Source: a bacterium (lineage in GTDB: Bacteria; UBA8248; JACPRG01; G963555815). Taken from it: 64,000 nt of DNA. Where the stretch lies: the NCBI GenBank assembly GCA_965218795.1, contig OZ244653.1:1280001-1344000 (forward strand), read 5' to 3'. Position 1 is the first letter of the stretch, and each line of letters begins with the position of its first letter. The translations under genes and the position numbers were made by a program. Of this stretch, positions 28,546 to 38,363 are shown in pieces. The notes under the pieces are model-generated. The model ran no database searches. It worked only from the letters and a program-made list of their open reading frames with translations, and was not told the origin of the DNA.

Positions 28546-29301
28546 ATGATGACACTCAACGGAAAGACTGCAATCCTTTCGGGCGCCGGCGCCGGCATTG
28601 GTGCGGCAACGGCCCGCCGTTTCTCTCAGGAAGGGGCTAACCTGGCGCTGATCGACCTCGACGAAGAGGCGCTGGCCAACACCGAACGGGATTGCCGGAA
28701 AGGCGAAGGCGGCCTCCTGACAGTTTGTGATGACGCATCCAATCCAGATGCGATGGACGACCTGATTGCTCAAACCACAGCGAGTTTCGGGCGAATCGAT
28801 ATCCTGGTCAATAACGCGGTCTACCGGGTTCACAAACCGTTCCTGGAAATTACGCACGAGGAATTCCAGAGGACGCTTGAGGTCAATGTCACTTCCTACT
28901 ACTTTCTCACGCAAAAAGTGGTCCCTCACATGATCGAAGCGGGCGGGGGCAGCATCATTAATTTATCTTCGACTTTCGGATTCGTCGGGTCGCCCGGACT
29001 GTCGCCCTATTGCATCTCGAAAGGGGCGGTGGTGAATATGACCCGGACGCTCGCCCTCGAATTGGCGGAGAAAAACATCCGCGTCAACGCCGTCGCTCCC
29101 GGCCCCATCGAGACGGAAGGCATGCGCGGTCTCATTGAAAAGGACCCCAAGGTACTTGAAATGCGCCTCGCGGATGTTCCGTTTCACCGTCTGGGAAAAC
29201 CCGAGGAGATAGCCCGGGTCTGTCTGTTCCTGGCTGGCGACGCATCCAGTTATGTCAGCGGCCACAACCTCGTAGCGGATGGCGGCTTCCTGACTCATTG
29301 A
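28546..29301 (+). CDS. Short-chain dehydrogenase/reductase
   Basis: SGAGAGIG, VNNA, YCISK catalytic motif and RVNAVAPG. Confidence 0.93.
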   Translation: MMTLNGKTAILSGAGAGIGAATARRFSQEGANLALIDLDEEALANTERDCRKGEGGLLTVCDDASNPDAMDDLIAQTTASFGRIDILVNNAVYRVHKPFLEITHEEFQRTLEVNVTSYYFLTQKVVPHMIEAGGGSIINLSSTFGFVGSPGLSPYCISKGAVVNMTRTLALELAEKNIRVNAVAPGPIETEGMRGLIEKDPKVLEMRLADVPFHRLGKPEEIARVCLFLAGDASSYVSGHNLVADGGFLTH

Positions 29302-29450
29302 TGATTCTTCGATTCCTGTTGACGAATTTCAAAAGGTCACGATACGCTTTTACCATTCAGAAATCTTCATCGAGCCTGAAATGAATGCGCCATTGCAGCG
29401 GAAGGGAGGCGGTGGCGCGGTTTTTCTTTTGATTCGGACGGAGAAAAACG

Positions 29451-31037
29451 ATGGCAACTTTTGACGGCGTGATTGTAGGGGCGGGCCACAACAGCCTGAC
29501 GGCGGGGGCCTATCTTTCGAAAGCCGGTCTGCGGATTGCCGTGATCGAGAGAAACCCGGAAATCGGCGGCGGATGCACAACGGAGGAGGTGACGGCTCCC
29601 GGGTTTCGCCATAACCTCCACTCCAACTTCTACATCGGTATCGAGGACGCACCCATCCATCAGGATCTGGAATTACACCGTTATGGGTTCGAGCACATCC
29701 TTCCGGCCGTCCAGAACGCCGCCCTCTTCCGAGACGGAACGTGTGTGCTCATTCACAGAGACCTGGAGAAAACCTGCAAGTCCTTTGCCCGCTTTTCCCA
29801 GAAGGACGCGGAAACCTTCCGTGAATTGTATGATCGGTACGGAGTCCGCATGCGTCGTGTCATCAATTCCCTGCTCTACTCGCTTCCCCTCCCACCGGAT
29901 GAGCTGCGCGAACGCATCGGCGGCGAAGACGGCGCCGAGTTTCTGTCGTACGCGGGACTTTCCATGGGAGAGGCGGTGGATCAACACTTTGAAGACGAAC
30001 GCATCCGGGTTCTCTTCAAGCTCTACCTGCACGCCATCACCGTCGAGGACCTTCCGGGAACCGGAGTCTTCCTTCCCCTGGTGATTTCAAACAGCACGCG
30101 CATCTCTCTTCCCATCGGCGGCTCCCTGAACTTTGCACTGGCTCTGGGGCGTGTCATTGAAGAAGGCGGCGGGAGCCTCATACGCGGGAAAACCGCGCGC
30201 AGGATTATCGTGAAGGACGGAGAAGCCCGCGGCGTGGAAACGGACGACGGAGAGGTGTTCGAAGCCTCACGGTTCGTGGCCAGCGGAATCGATGCGCCGC
30301 AAACAATCCGTCTGGCCGGCGAAGAGAACTTTCCGGCCGATGTCGTAGAGGCCATGAGAAAGTGGAAGTGGGGGTCCCACACACTGGGCACGCTCCACTT
30401 GGCCCTCGACGAGCCTCCACAGTATTCGGCGGGAAAATTCGACCCGGACGTCAATCAGGCCTACAACATCTTCCTGGGTGCGGACACCAGCGAAGACATC
30501 CACAAAAGCATGTCGGAGCTGGAAGAAGGCGCTTTTCCGACGGTCATCAACGGCAACGGCGCCTGCAACACCCTTTTTGATCCCACCTACGCGCCGGACG
30601 GCAAACACGTTGCCTTCTGGTGGCCCTTTGTCCCTTACGAATTCAAAGAAGGCGGAGCAGAGGCCTGGGATGACCGGCGTTCCGAATTCACGGGAAGGAT
30701 CCTGGAGGCCTGGCAGGAGTACGCTCCCAATCTGACCGACGACAATGTCAAGGGGAGTTACCTGTTTACGCCTTTGGACGTCGAGCGCCGCAACATGAAT
30801 ATGGTGCGGGGGAGCGTTCGGGTGGGCGCTTATCATCCCGATCAACTCGGCTACAATCGCCCCCACCCGAAACTGTCGCACTTCCGGACCCCTGTTCAGA
30901 GACTTTTCGTCTGCGGGTCCAGCAACCACGGCGGGGGGGTGAACGGCGGGCCGGGTTACAATGCGGCCAACGTGATTGCGGGAGACTTGGGCATCGACCA
31001 GTGGTGGACCCCCCTGGGTGCGCCGTCCTGGCCGTGA
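29451..31037 (+). CDS. Phytoene-dehydrogenase-like FAD-dependent oxidoreductase
   Basis: VGAGHNSL...ERNPEIGGG, PGF.HN and C-terminal HGGGVNGGPG.NAA. Confidence 0.88.
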   Translation: MATFDGVIVGAGHNSLTAGAYLSKAGLRIAVIERNPEIGGGCTTEEVTAPGFRHNLHSNFYIGIEDAPIHQDLELHRYGFEHILPAVQNAALFRDGTCVLIHRDLEKTCKSFARFSQKDAETFRELYDRYGVRMRRVINSLLYSLPLPPDELRERIGGEDGAEFLSYAGLSMGEAVDQHFEDERIRVLFKLYLHAITVEDLPGTGVFLPLVISNSTRISLPIGGSLNFALALGRVIEEGGGSLIRGKTARRIIVKDGEARGVETDDGEVFEASRFVASGIDAPQTIRLAGEENFPADVVEAMRKWKWGSHTLGTLHLALDEPPQYSAGKFDPDVNQAYNIFLGADTSEDIHKSMSELEEGAFPTVINGNGACNTLFDPTYAPDGKHVAFWWPFVPYEFKEGGAEAWDDRRSEFTGRILEAWQEYAPNLTDDNVKGSYLFTPLDVERRNMNMVRGSVRVGAYHPDQLGYNRPHPKLSHFRTPVQRLFVCGSSNHGGGVNGGPGYNAANVIAGDLGIDQWWTPLGAPSWP

Positions 31038-31142
31038 TCCGCGAAATCCTGCCCAATTTGCAATCCAGCCGGGAATGAAGGACCGGCCGATGGCTTTACG
31101 CCATCCGCGAGAGCCCGGCCGGCCCGAGGAGAGACGACGAGC

Positions 31143-33083
31143 ATGACCGCAGGTGAAATCATTTGGCAACCCTCCGAAGATTTCCTTCAGAACAGCAACG
31201 TCAGCCGTCTGATGCGCCGGGTCGGAATCGATGATCCAAAAGAGTTGATACGCCGGTCGACTTCGGACACCGAATGGTTCTGGGAAACCATCATGGATGA
31301 CATGGAGATTGAATGGCACCGGAAATACGACCGCGTCATGGATATGTCCGAAGGGTTACCATGGACGAAGTGGTTCATCGGCGGCGAGCTCAACATCGTC
31401 CAAAATTGTCTGGACCGGCATGCGTCGGGTGATCGAAGAGACCGGACGGCCTTCATCTGGGAGGGGGATGACGGGGACGTTCGAAGTTTCACGTATGGGG
31501 AGGTTTCGTTCGAAGTCTCCCGGTTGGCCAACGCCATGAACGCGCAGGGGCTGGGCCCGGGGGATTCGGCGGGGATTTATATGCCGATGGTCCCGGAGAC
31601 CGTTTTTGCCATGTTCGCCTGTTTCAAGATCGGGGTTGCGGCCATTCCAATTTTTTCCGCCTTCGGTTCAGGCGCCCTGGCCGCAAGGCTTCGAGACGCC
31701 GGCACCCGCCTGCTGTTCACGGCCGATTATGGGATTCGGCGCGGGAAGATCGCCCCTATCAAGCCCCGGGCGGAGGAAGCGGTGGATGAAGTCGACTCGG
31801 TAAAACGGGTCGTCATCTTGAGCCGGGAGGGCAAGCCGGTCAGTCTACGAGACGACAGGGAGGTCTCTTGGGAGCACTTCGTATCCGGACAGTCGGTGGA
31901 ATGCCAGACGATTCCCCTCCCGGCGGAATCGACCTCCCTCATCCTTCATACTTCCGGCACCACCGGAAAACCCAAAGGGACCGTTCATACGCACGCCGGA
32001 TGCCTGGCGGAAATGACGAACAATGTATTCTACGCGTGCGACCTCAGAGACTCCGACCTCTTCTTCTGGTTCTCTGACATCGGGTGGATGATGGGCCCCT
32101 GGGAGATGATTGGGGTCCAATGTCGCGGTGGAACGTATTTGATCTACGAAGGCGTTCCCAACCACCCCGAACCCGATCGTCTCTGGAAGACCCTGGTACG
32201 CCACGGCGTCACGACGCTTGGGATCTCGCCCACGGCGATCCGGCTGTTGATCGGCGCCGGAGACAAATGGGTCGACCGGCATGATCTGTCAACCCTCCGG
32301 GTTCTCGGTTCCACGGGGGAGCCGTGGGATCCGGAATCATTCATGTGGTATTTCGGAAAGGTGGGAGGGGGACGGTGCCCGGTCATCAATTGTTCGGGCG
32401 GAACGGAGCTCGCAGGATGTCTGCTTTCTCCCCTGCCCGTTCAGCCGATGAAAGCCTGCTCTCTCGGCGGTCCGGCCTTGGGAAAGGATGTAGAAGTATA
32501 CGATGATGACGGCCATCCAGTCCGTGGCGGGATCGGCCATCTTGTTTGCAAAAATCCCTGTCCTTCCATGACCAAGGGGTTCTTGAACGATCCCGATCGC
32601 TATCTGGACACATACTTCTCCCGGTGGCCGGACGTCTGGTATCACGGCGATTGGGCCATGGTGGACGATGACGGATTCTGGTACCTTTTCGGGCGTTCGG
32701 ACGACACGATCATGGTGGCCGGGAAACGGGTCGGGCCGGCGGAGGTGGAGGCGGCGCTTCTGCGAAATCCCGCGGTCGTCGAGGCCGCCGCCATCGGCGT
32801 CCCCCATGAACTCAAAGGCGAGGCCATCGTAGCGTTTGCGGTCCTGGGTCCCGGGGTGGAGGTATCCGACTCGCTCCGAGAGGAATTGAATCATGCCGTA
32901 GTGGATATATTCGGAAAATCCCTGGCGCCCGAGGCGATCTTGTTTGTGAAGGCCATACCCAAAACGAGATCGGCCAAGATTCTCCGTAGTTCCATTCGCC
33001 GCAAGTACCTGGGCGAGGAAATTGGAGACGTATCAAGCGTGGAGAATCCCGACGCCTTCGATGCCATCGGCAATGCTCAGTGA
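31143..33083 (+). CDS. Acetyl-CoA-synthetase-like AMP-forming acyl-CoA ligase
   Basis: HTSGTTGKPKG, STGEPW, GRSDD and PKTRSAKILR motifs. Confidence 0.93.
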   Translation: MTAGEIIWQPSEDFLQNSNVSRLMRRVGIDDPKELIRRSTSDTEWFWETIMDDMEIEWHRKYDRVMDMSEGLPWTKWFIGGELNIVQNCLDRHASGDRRDRTAFIWEGDDGDVRSFTYGEVSFEVSRLANAMNAQGLGPGDSAGIYMPMVPETVFAMFACFKIGVAAIPIFSAFGSGALAARLRDAGTRLLFTADYGIRRGKIAPIKPRAEEAVDEVDSVKRVVILSREGKPVSLRDDREVSWEHFVSGQSVECQTIPLPAESTSLILHTSGTTGKPKGTVHTHAGCLAEMTNNVFYACDLRDSDLFFWFSDIGWMMGPWEMIGVQCRGGTYLIYEGVPNHPEPDRLWKTLVRHGVTTLGISPTAIRLLIGAGDKWVDRHDLSTLRVLGSTGEPWDPESFMWYFGKVGGGRCPVINCSGGTELAGCLLSPLPVQPMKACSLGGPALGKDVEVYDDDGHPVRGGIGHLVCKNPCPSMTKGFLNDPDRYLDTYFSRWPDVWYHGDWAMVDDDGFWYLFGRSDDTIMVAGKRVGPAEVEAALLRNPAVVEAAAIGVPHELKGEAIVAFAVLGPGVEVSDSLREELNHAVVDIFGKSLAPEAILFVKAIPKTRSAKILRSSIRRKYLGEEIGDVSSVENPDAFDAIGNAQ

Positions 33084-33538
33084 AGAGCACGACTGTCCAG
33101 GGAATGGTTGTGAGGGATCATCCGGGACGGAAAGGCGAATTCGCGGGGTCCGGGCGTAGAAACTGCTCCCTAACCCGCACCGTAAAGAAGAATCCCGCAC
33201 TCAAATTTTTGGATTGAGAAGAATACCGGGGGCGCTGACGGTAGCCGAACGATACGTTTTAGCGCATTACGTATTACGGCTTAAACTGTACAACTTAGGT
33301 ATCTTCCCGAACAAAAGATATTGTTATAAATCTCTCACTCCGTCAATGATGCGCCCGATTGCGTCATGTTAGGATAATTATCTGATTTTATTTGATTTTT
33401 TCGTTATTCACCCACCTCCAGCCCCTTGCATTCCCGCCACGCTTGTGCTCAAATACGCACCGATTTGATGCGGCTTGTGTTCTATTTGATTACGGAATTG
33501 CATACCGAATCACCATAGAACAAAGGCAAGGAGCGGCC

Positions 33539-34723
33539 ATGCCCAGACGAAGCGAGCTCAGGATCACCAAACGCGCCGTGGACGCGCTCACCGTCGAAGT
33601 TGAGGACGCCGTGTTCTGGGACCGGGACCTCCCGGGCTTCGGAGTGCGTGTCCATGCCACGGGCCGCAAGGCCTACGTGGTCCAGTCCCGGGGGAAGGCC
33701 GGACCAAAGCGCGTGACCCTGGGGCGGCATGGGGACCTGTCGACCGATGAGGCGAGGAAGCGGGCGGCCGTGGTCATCGACCGCATCAAGCAAGGCGAGG
33801 ACCCCATTCCCAAGCCGCCCGAACCGGAGCTCACCGTGGCCGTACTGTCCGAACGGTTCATGCATGTGCATGTCAACGTGCATTGCAAGCCGAGAACCAT
33901 TGCAACGTACCGGAGCGTGCTCGACAAGCACATTCTTCCCGTCCTGGGCGAGAAGGCCATCAGCGAAGTCGGACGAAAGGAGATCTCCGCACTGCATCAC
34001 GAACTTCGCGACACGCCTGCAATGGCCAACCAGACCGTCAAGATTCTGTCGACGATGTTCTCGCTGGCCGAGGCGTGGGGAAAAATACCGCCCGGCCGGA
34101 ACCCGTGTGAGTCGGTGCGCCGGTACAAGGAGAGGTCGCGCGAGCGGTTTCTGACGCCCGAGGAGTTCCAGCGCTTGGGCCGTGTATTGAGGGATGCGGA
34201 AACGGACGGCTCGGTGTGGCCGCCGGCCATTGCAGCGCTCCGCCTGCTCATGTTGACCGGATGCCGGAAGAGCGAGATCCTGACGTTGCGCTGGGACGAC
34301 GTGGACCGCACGGCGGGCGAGCTGAGGCTCAGGGACGCCAAGGCGGGCCCGCGCATGGTTCTCCTGACCGCGCCCGTGCGAACAGTGTTTGACGGCATTC
34401 CCCGTATCGACGGCGCTCCCTGGGTGCTTGCCGGGCAAAGGCCGGGGACCGGCCTGACGAAGCTCGATAACTACTGGCAATCCATCCGGGCAAAGGCGGG
34501 ACTCGAGGACGTTCGGATCCATGACATACGGCATTCCTATGCATCGAGGGCCCTGGCGCTTGGCGAGAGCCTGCCCACGATCGGGAAGCTGCTCGGTCAC
34601 AGGAAGGTGGGGACAACAGCGCGGTACGCGCACCTGATGCGGGACGCGGAGAAGGAGGCCGCCACCCGGGTGGGCGACAGCATCGGCGCCCATCTTGGGC
34701 CGGGGAGCACCGAGGCGGCATGA
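33539..34723 (+). CDS. Tyrosine recombinase with N-terminal arm-binding domain (integrase 1, intact)
   Basis: WDRDLPGFGVRV arm domain; catalytic GCRKSE, K, HDIRH, LGH and TARYAH; RBS AAGGAG before ATG 33539. Confidence 0.95.
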   Translation: MPRRSELRITKRAVDALTVEVEDAVFWDRDLPGFGVRVHATGRKAYVVQSRGKAGPKRVTLGRHGDLSTDEARKRAAVVIDRIKQGEDPIPKPPEPELTVAVLSERFMHVHVNVHCKPRTIATYRSVLDKHILPVLGEKAISEVGRKEISALHHELRDTPAMANQTVKILSTMFSLAEAWGKIPPGRNPCESVRRYKERSRERFLTPEEFQRLGRVLRDAETDGSVWPPAIAALRLLMLTGCRKSEILTLRWDDVDRTAGELRLRDAKAGPRMVLLTAPVRTVFDGIPRIDGAPWVLAGQRPGTGLTKLDNYWQSIRAKAGLEDVRIHDIRHSYASRALALGESLPTIGKLLGHRKVGTTARYAHLMRDAEKEAATRVGDSIGAHLGPGSTEAA

Positions 34724-35969
34724 GGCTGGATGACATGGCGAAGCTGGAATACAAGACGCTCTCGAACCGCACGGTCGAGAAGCTGAAGGTCCAAAAGGAC
34801 ACGGTGTTCTGGGATCACGAGCTCACGGGATTCGGGGTGCGGGTCTATCCCACGGGCGGCAAGGTCTATATCGCCCAGGCCCGGGGACCGGGGGGACCGA
34901 AGCGGGTCACGGTGGGCCGGCACGGAGTGCTCGGCGCGGAGCAGGCGCGTCAGCGGGCGGCGCTGATCATCGCCCGGGTCAAGGCGGGCGATGAGCCCGT
35001 GCCCGAACCGATGAAGCCGGCCGGAGGTTCCACCGTGGGCGAGCTTGCGAGGCGGTATCTCGAAGAGCATGTGGCCGTGCGCTGCAAGCCGCGTACCGCA
35101 GCATCGACCCGCACGGTGGTGAACCGTCATATCGTGCCCGTTCTCGGCAGGCTGTCTCTCGTGGCGGTCGAGCGTTCGCAGGTCACGGAGCTGCATCAAC
35201 GACTGTGCGAGACGCCTTCCATTGCGAACATGGTGGTCCGCACCCTGTCGCTGATGTACAGGCTGGCCGAGGGCTGGGGACTCGTTCCGGAGGGATGCAA
35301 CCCCTGCCGCTCTGTCGTCAAGTACCCCGCGCGCAAGCGGGAGCGTTTCCTGACCGACGGGGAGTTCACCCGTTTGGGGCAGGTATTGGACGAGGCCGAG
35401 GCCCGGGGAGAGGCATCGGCCTCGGCGGTGGCGGCGATCCGTCTCCTCATGCTGACGGGATGCCGGAAGAACGAGATCCTGTGCCTGCGCTGGGAGGGCG
35501 TGGCGCTGGATCAGAACGAATTGAGGCTGCCCGACGCGAAGACGGGCGCAAGGGTGGTTCCACTGTCGCCCTCGGCTGTGAAGCTTCTTTCCGGTCTACC
35601 TCGAGAACCGGGCAATCCGTGGGTCATTCCCGGGCGGAAGCCGGGCGCGCACATGAGCAACGTGGATCAGGCCTGGAGGACGTCCGGATCCATGACCTGC
35701 GGCATTCGTATGCCAGCCGCGCACTGGCGCTGGGGGAGAGTCTTCCGATGATTGGGAAACTCTTGGGCCACAGCCAGGTGGAGACCACGGCCCGGTACGC
35801 GCATCTGGCGCGGGATTCGGTGCAGGAGGCCGCGGAGCGTATTGCCGGGAGCATCGCGGCGGACATTCTAGGCGAAGGTTTGGGGGTCGGGTGCGGCGTA
35901 ACTCGGCAACAAGGTCCGCCATTGAGGCGGCAGTGTCAGTTTCAACTTATTTCCGAACTAAAATCTTGA
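34720..35969 (+). pseudogene. Paralogous tyrosine recombinase (integrase 2), frameshifted at 35670-35676
   Basis: The N-part (WDHELTGFGVRV, GCRKNE) is in ORF 34720..35751. The C-part (HDLRH, LGH, TARYAH) is in ORF 35205..35969. Confidence 0.9.
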
Positions 35970-36158
35970 TTAGTGGCGGGTGGTGTCTTGCCCAAAGCCT
36001 CGTTCTTAAATTTTTGCACCTTCCGCCCACATAGGTCAACGCCTACTAAACGGTACAGGACAAGTGTGGTTTTGAAAAGAGGTCTACGCATGGGCACCAA
36101 GCTCATCAAGGGGCCCTTCACAACCCAGGAATACTCTTTTTCAACCGCGATTATACCC

Positions 36159-36222
36159 TTGACACATCATCGTCTATATGTAGTGGTCCGCTCGGTTTTC
36201 CCCGAACCACAAGATGTAGGGG
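36159..36222 (+). promoter_or_regulatory. Two NrdR-box-like operators next to a TTGACA element
   Basis: Box cores CTATATGTAG(TG) at 36174 and (CA)CAAGATGTAG at 36210 resemble the NrdR consensus acaCwAtATaTwGtg. TTGACA at 36159-36164. Confidence 0.5.
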
Positions 36223-36339
36223 TTAATTCCGTGGAACCCCTGATTCTGAAAGCTTTTCCATCTCTTCCTGCTTGGCGGCTTTTGCCTTGGCAGCCGCTTC
36301 GGCCGCCGCTTTCGCTGCCCTCTGCCAGTCACTCCAAAC

Positions 36340-36382
36340 CTTTCGCGGTTATCAACTGGTCTCGTTTGAAGGGGGCAGGTCA
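36340..36382 (+). mobile_element. IS3-family right-end relic
   Basis: ...CTGGTCTCGTTTGAAGGGGGCAGGTCA is a typical IS3 IRR ending in CA and resembles 36948-36968. Confidence 0.6.
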
Positions 36383-36590
36383 ACCGGGAAGCTCTATCAG
36401 GACTTCATTCCGGCGCTTGGCGACATCGATGGCTACAAGTGCCGTATCGCTCGGCGTAGGGTGGTATCGGGTCATGGTCGGTCTGCCTCCAAAGTGGCGA
36501 ATGAGCGCGCTTACTCTAGAGACCTGCGGTCCGGCCATGACCGCCCGCTTGAGCGCTCGATGGGCTCCACGGGCGGTCATGGCCACCACC
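36383..36590 (-). mobile_element. IS110-family left-end relic: 5' leader plus the first 31 codons of a DEDD transposase
   Basis: RBS GGAGG, ATG 36475, MTRYHPTPSDTALVAIDVAKRRNEVLIELPG cut off by the IS3 end; a 15-bp perfect inverted repeat in the leader. Confidence 0.65.
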
Positions 36591-36619
36591 TGCGCTTCCT
36601 TCCCAATGTGCTACGGATC

Positions 36620-36970
36620 GGATTCACGGCCAGGGTGGTCAGGGACTGGCTCAAGGCGGTTGGCGTGAGGACGTTGTCCATCGAGCCAGGGAGCCCCTGG
36701 GAGAACGGATATGTGGAGCGTTTCAACGGGAAGCTGAGGGATGAGCTCCTGAACGTGGAGGTGTTTGAGACGCTGAAGGAAGCCCAGGTGCTGGTGGAGA
36801 GGTGGAGGCGGGCGTACAACCAGCTACGGCCTCACAGCGCCTTGGCCTACCGGCCGCCTGCGTCAGAGGCCAGATTCTCAAGATCCCAAACCCCTGGCGC
36901 CGGTCCCCCGGAGTGGACTTCAAAGGGTCCCTTGTCTAACGTAACATGTGGTCTCGTTCGTGGGGTCAGA
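36620..36970 (+). mobile_element. IS3-family transposase C-terminal fragment and degenerate right end
   Basis: IEPGSPWENGYVERFNGKLRDELLN...YNQLRPHSALAYRPP. Confidence 0.9.
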
Positions 36971-37086
36971 TTTCCCAGGTGTTTTGTGGGCCATGGACCG
37001 AATCCTCCCTATAGCTGTAATATGGGGCCGCAAGATCGGTTTGTCAAGATAGGGTTATAAGCCCCTTTCTCATAAGGAAGATTCCA

Positions 37087-38286
37087 GTGAACAAAAAAGT
37101 TCTCATAGCCATTGCCATTGCCGTTGCGGCGATGACGGTAACCGTGGCAGGCGCCAACGCTGAAAATGTAAAGCTTGGCATCATTGTCGGATTTACCGGC
37201 CCGATCGAATCGCTGACGCCGGACATGAGCGCGGGCGCGGAGTTGGCAATGAAGGAAGCAAGCGCATCCGGCCTTTTCCTCGGCGGCTCGACGATTACGG
37301 CCGTCAAGGCCGATTCGACTTGCATCGATGCCGCGGCCGCGACGACTGCGGCGGAACGTCTTGTGACCGCGGACAAGGTAAGGGGCATCGTGGGCGGCGA
37401 CTGCTCCGGCGTTACCAGCGCGATCCTTCAAAAGGTGGCACGTCCGAACGGCATCGTCATGATTTCGCCATCGGCGACCAGCCCCGCGCTTTCGACCGCG
37501 AAAGATGACGGTCTTTTCTTCCGCACCGCGCCGTCCGACACCCGCCAGGGCCAGGTCATGACGAAAATCATCACGGATCGCGGGATCAAGACCGTTGCCG
37601 TCACCTACACCAACAACGATTACGGCAAGGGGCTTGCCGAATCCTTCAAGTCGGCATTCGAAACCGCGGGCGGCAAAATCACGATCAATGCCGCGCATGA
37701 GGATGGCAAGGCCGATTATTCCGCGGAAGTCGGCGCGCTGGCTTCGGCGGGCGGAGAGGCGCTCGTCGTGGCTGGCTATCTTGACCAAGGCGGCCTCGGA
37801 ATCATCCGAATGGCGCTCGACACGGATGCCTTCAGAACTTTCGTCCTGCCCGACGGCATGGTCGGCGAATCGCTGGTCAAGGCCGTCGGTTCCGATCTCA
37901 ACGGCTCTTTCGGCCAGCATCCCGGAACCGACAGCCCCGGCGCGGCGTTGATCGTCAAGTTGGGCAAGGAGAACGGTTTCAAGGGCGACACCCCGTTTGC
38001 TCCGGAATCCTATGATGCGGCCGCGCTCATCATTCTGGCCATGCAGGCGGCCGGCTCCTCGGACCCTGCGGCCTACAAGAGCAAGGTGATGAGCGTCGCC
38101 AATGCTCCGGGGGAAAAAATTCTCCCCGGCGAACTCGGAAAGGCGCTGCGGATACTCAAGGACGGCGGCGATGTCGACTATGTCGGCGGGTCGGCGGTCG
38201 AGTTGGTCGGCGCCGGAGAATCCAAGGGCAACTACCGTGAAATCGAAATAAAGAACGGCAAGATCGTCACGGTACGCTATTACTGA
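37087..38286 (+). CDS. Branched-chain amino-acid-type ABC transporter substrate-binding protein
   Basis: Signal peptide, SPSATSPALS, FFRTAPSD and YDAA motifs. Confidence 0.92.
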   Translation: MNKKVLIAIAIAVAAMTVTVAGANAENVKLGIIVGFTGPIESLTPDMSAGAELAMKEASASGLFLGGSTITAVKADSTCIDAAAATTAAERLVTADKVRGIVGGDCSGVTSAILQKVARPNGIVMISPSATSPALSTAKDDGLFFRTAPSDTRQGQVMTKIITDRGIKTVAVTYTNNDYGKGLAESFKSAFETAGGKITINAAHEDGKADYSAEVGALASAGGEALVVAGYLDQGGLGIIRMALDTDAFRTFVLPDGMVGESLVKAVGSDLNGSFGQHPGTDSPGAALIVKLGKENGFKGDTPFAPESYDAAALIILAMQAAGSSDPAAYKSKVMSVANAPGEKILPGELGKALRILKDGGDVDYVGGSAVELVGAGESKGNYREIEIKNGKIVTVRYY

Positions 38287-38363
38287 GGCCGGCGATGCCG
38301 TCGCCTCGAGGCGGCGGACCGGACCGGTCCTTTTGTCCGCCGGTTCGCGCGGAGCGTCGGCAG

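Noticed and set aside
33140-33180. Possible SRP RNA or tRNA target upstream of the integrases
   Set aside because: Lacks the SRP domain IV motif and any cloverleaf.
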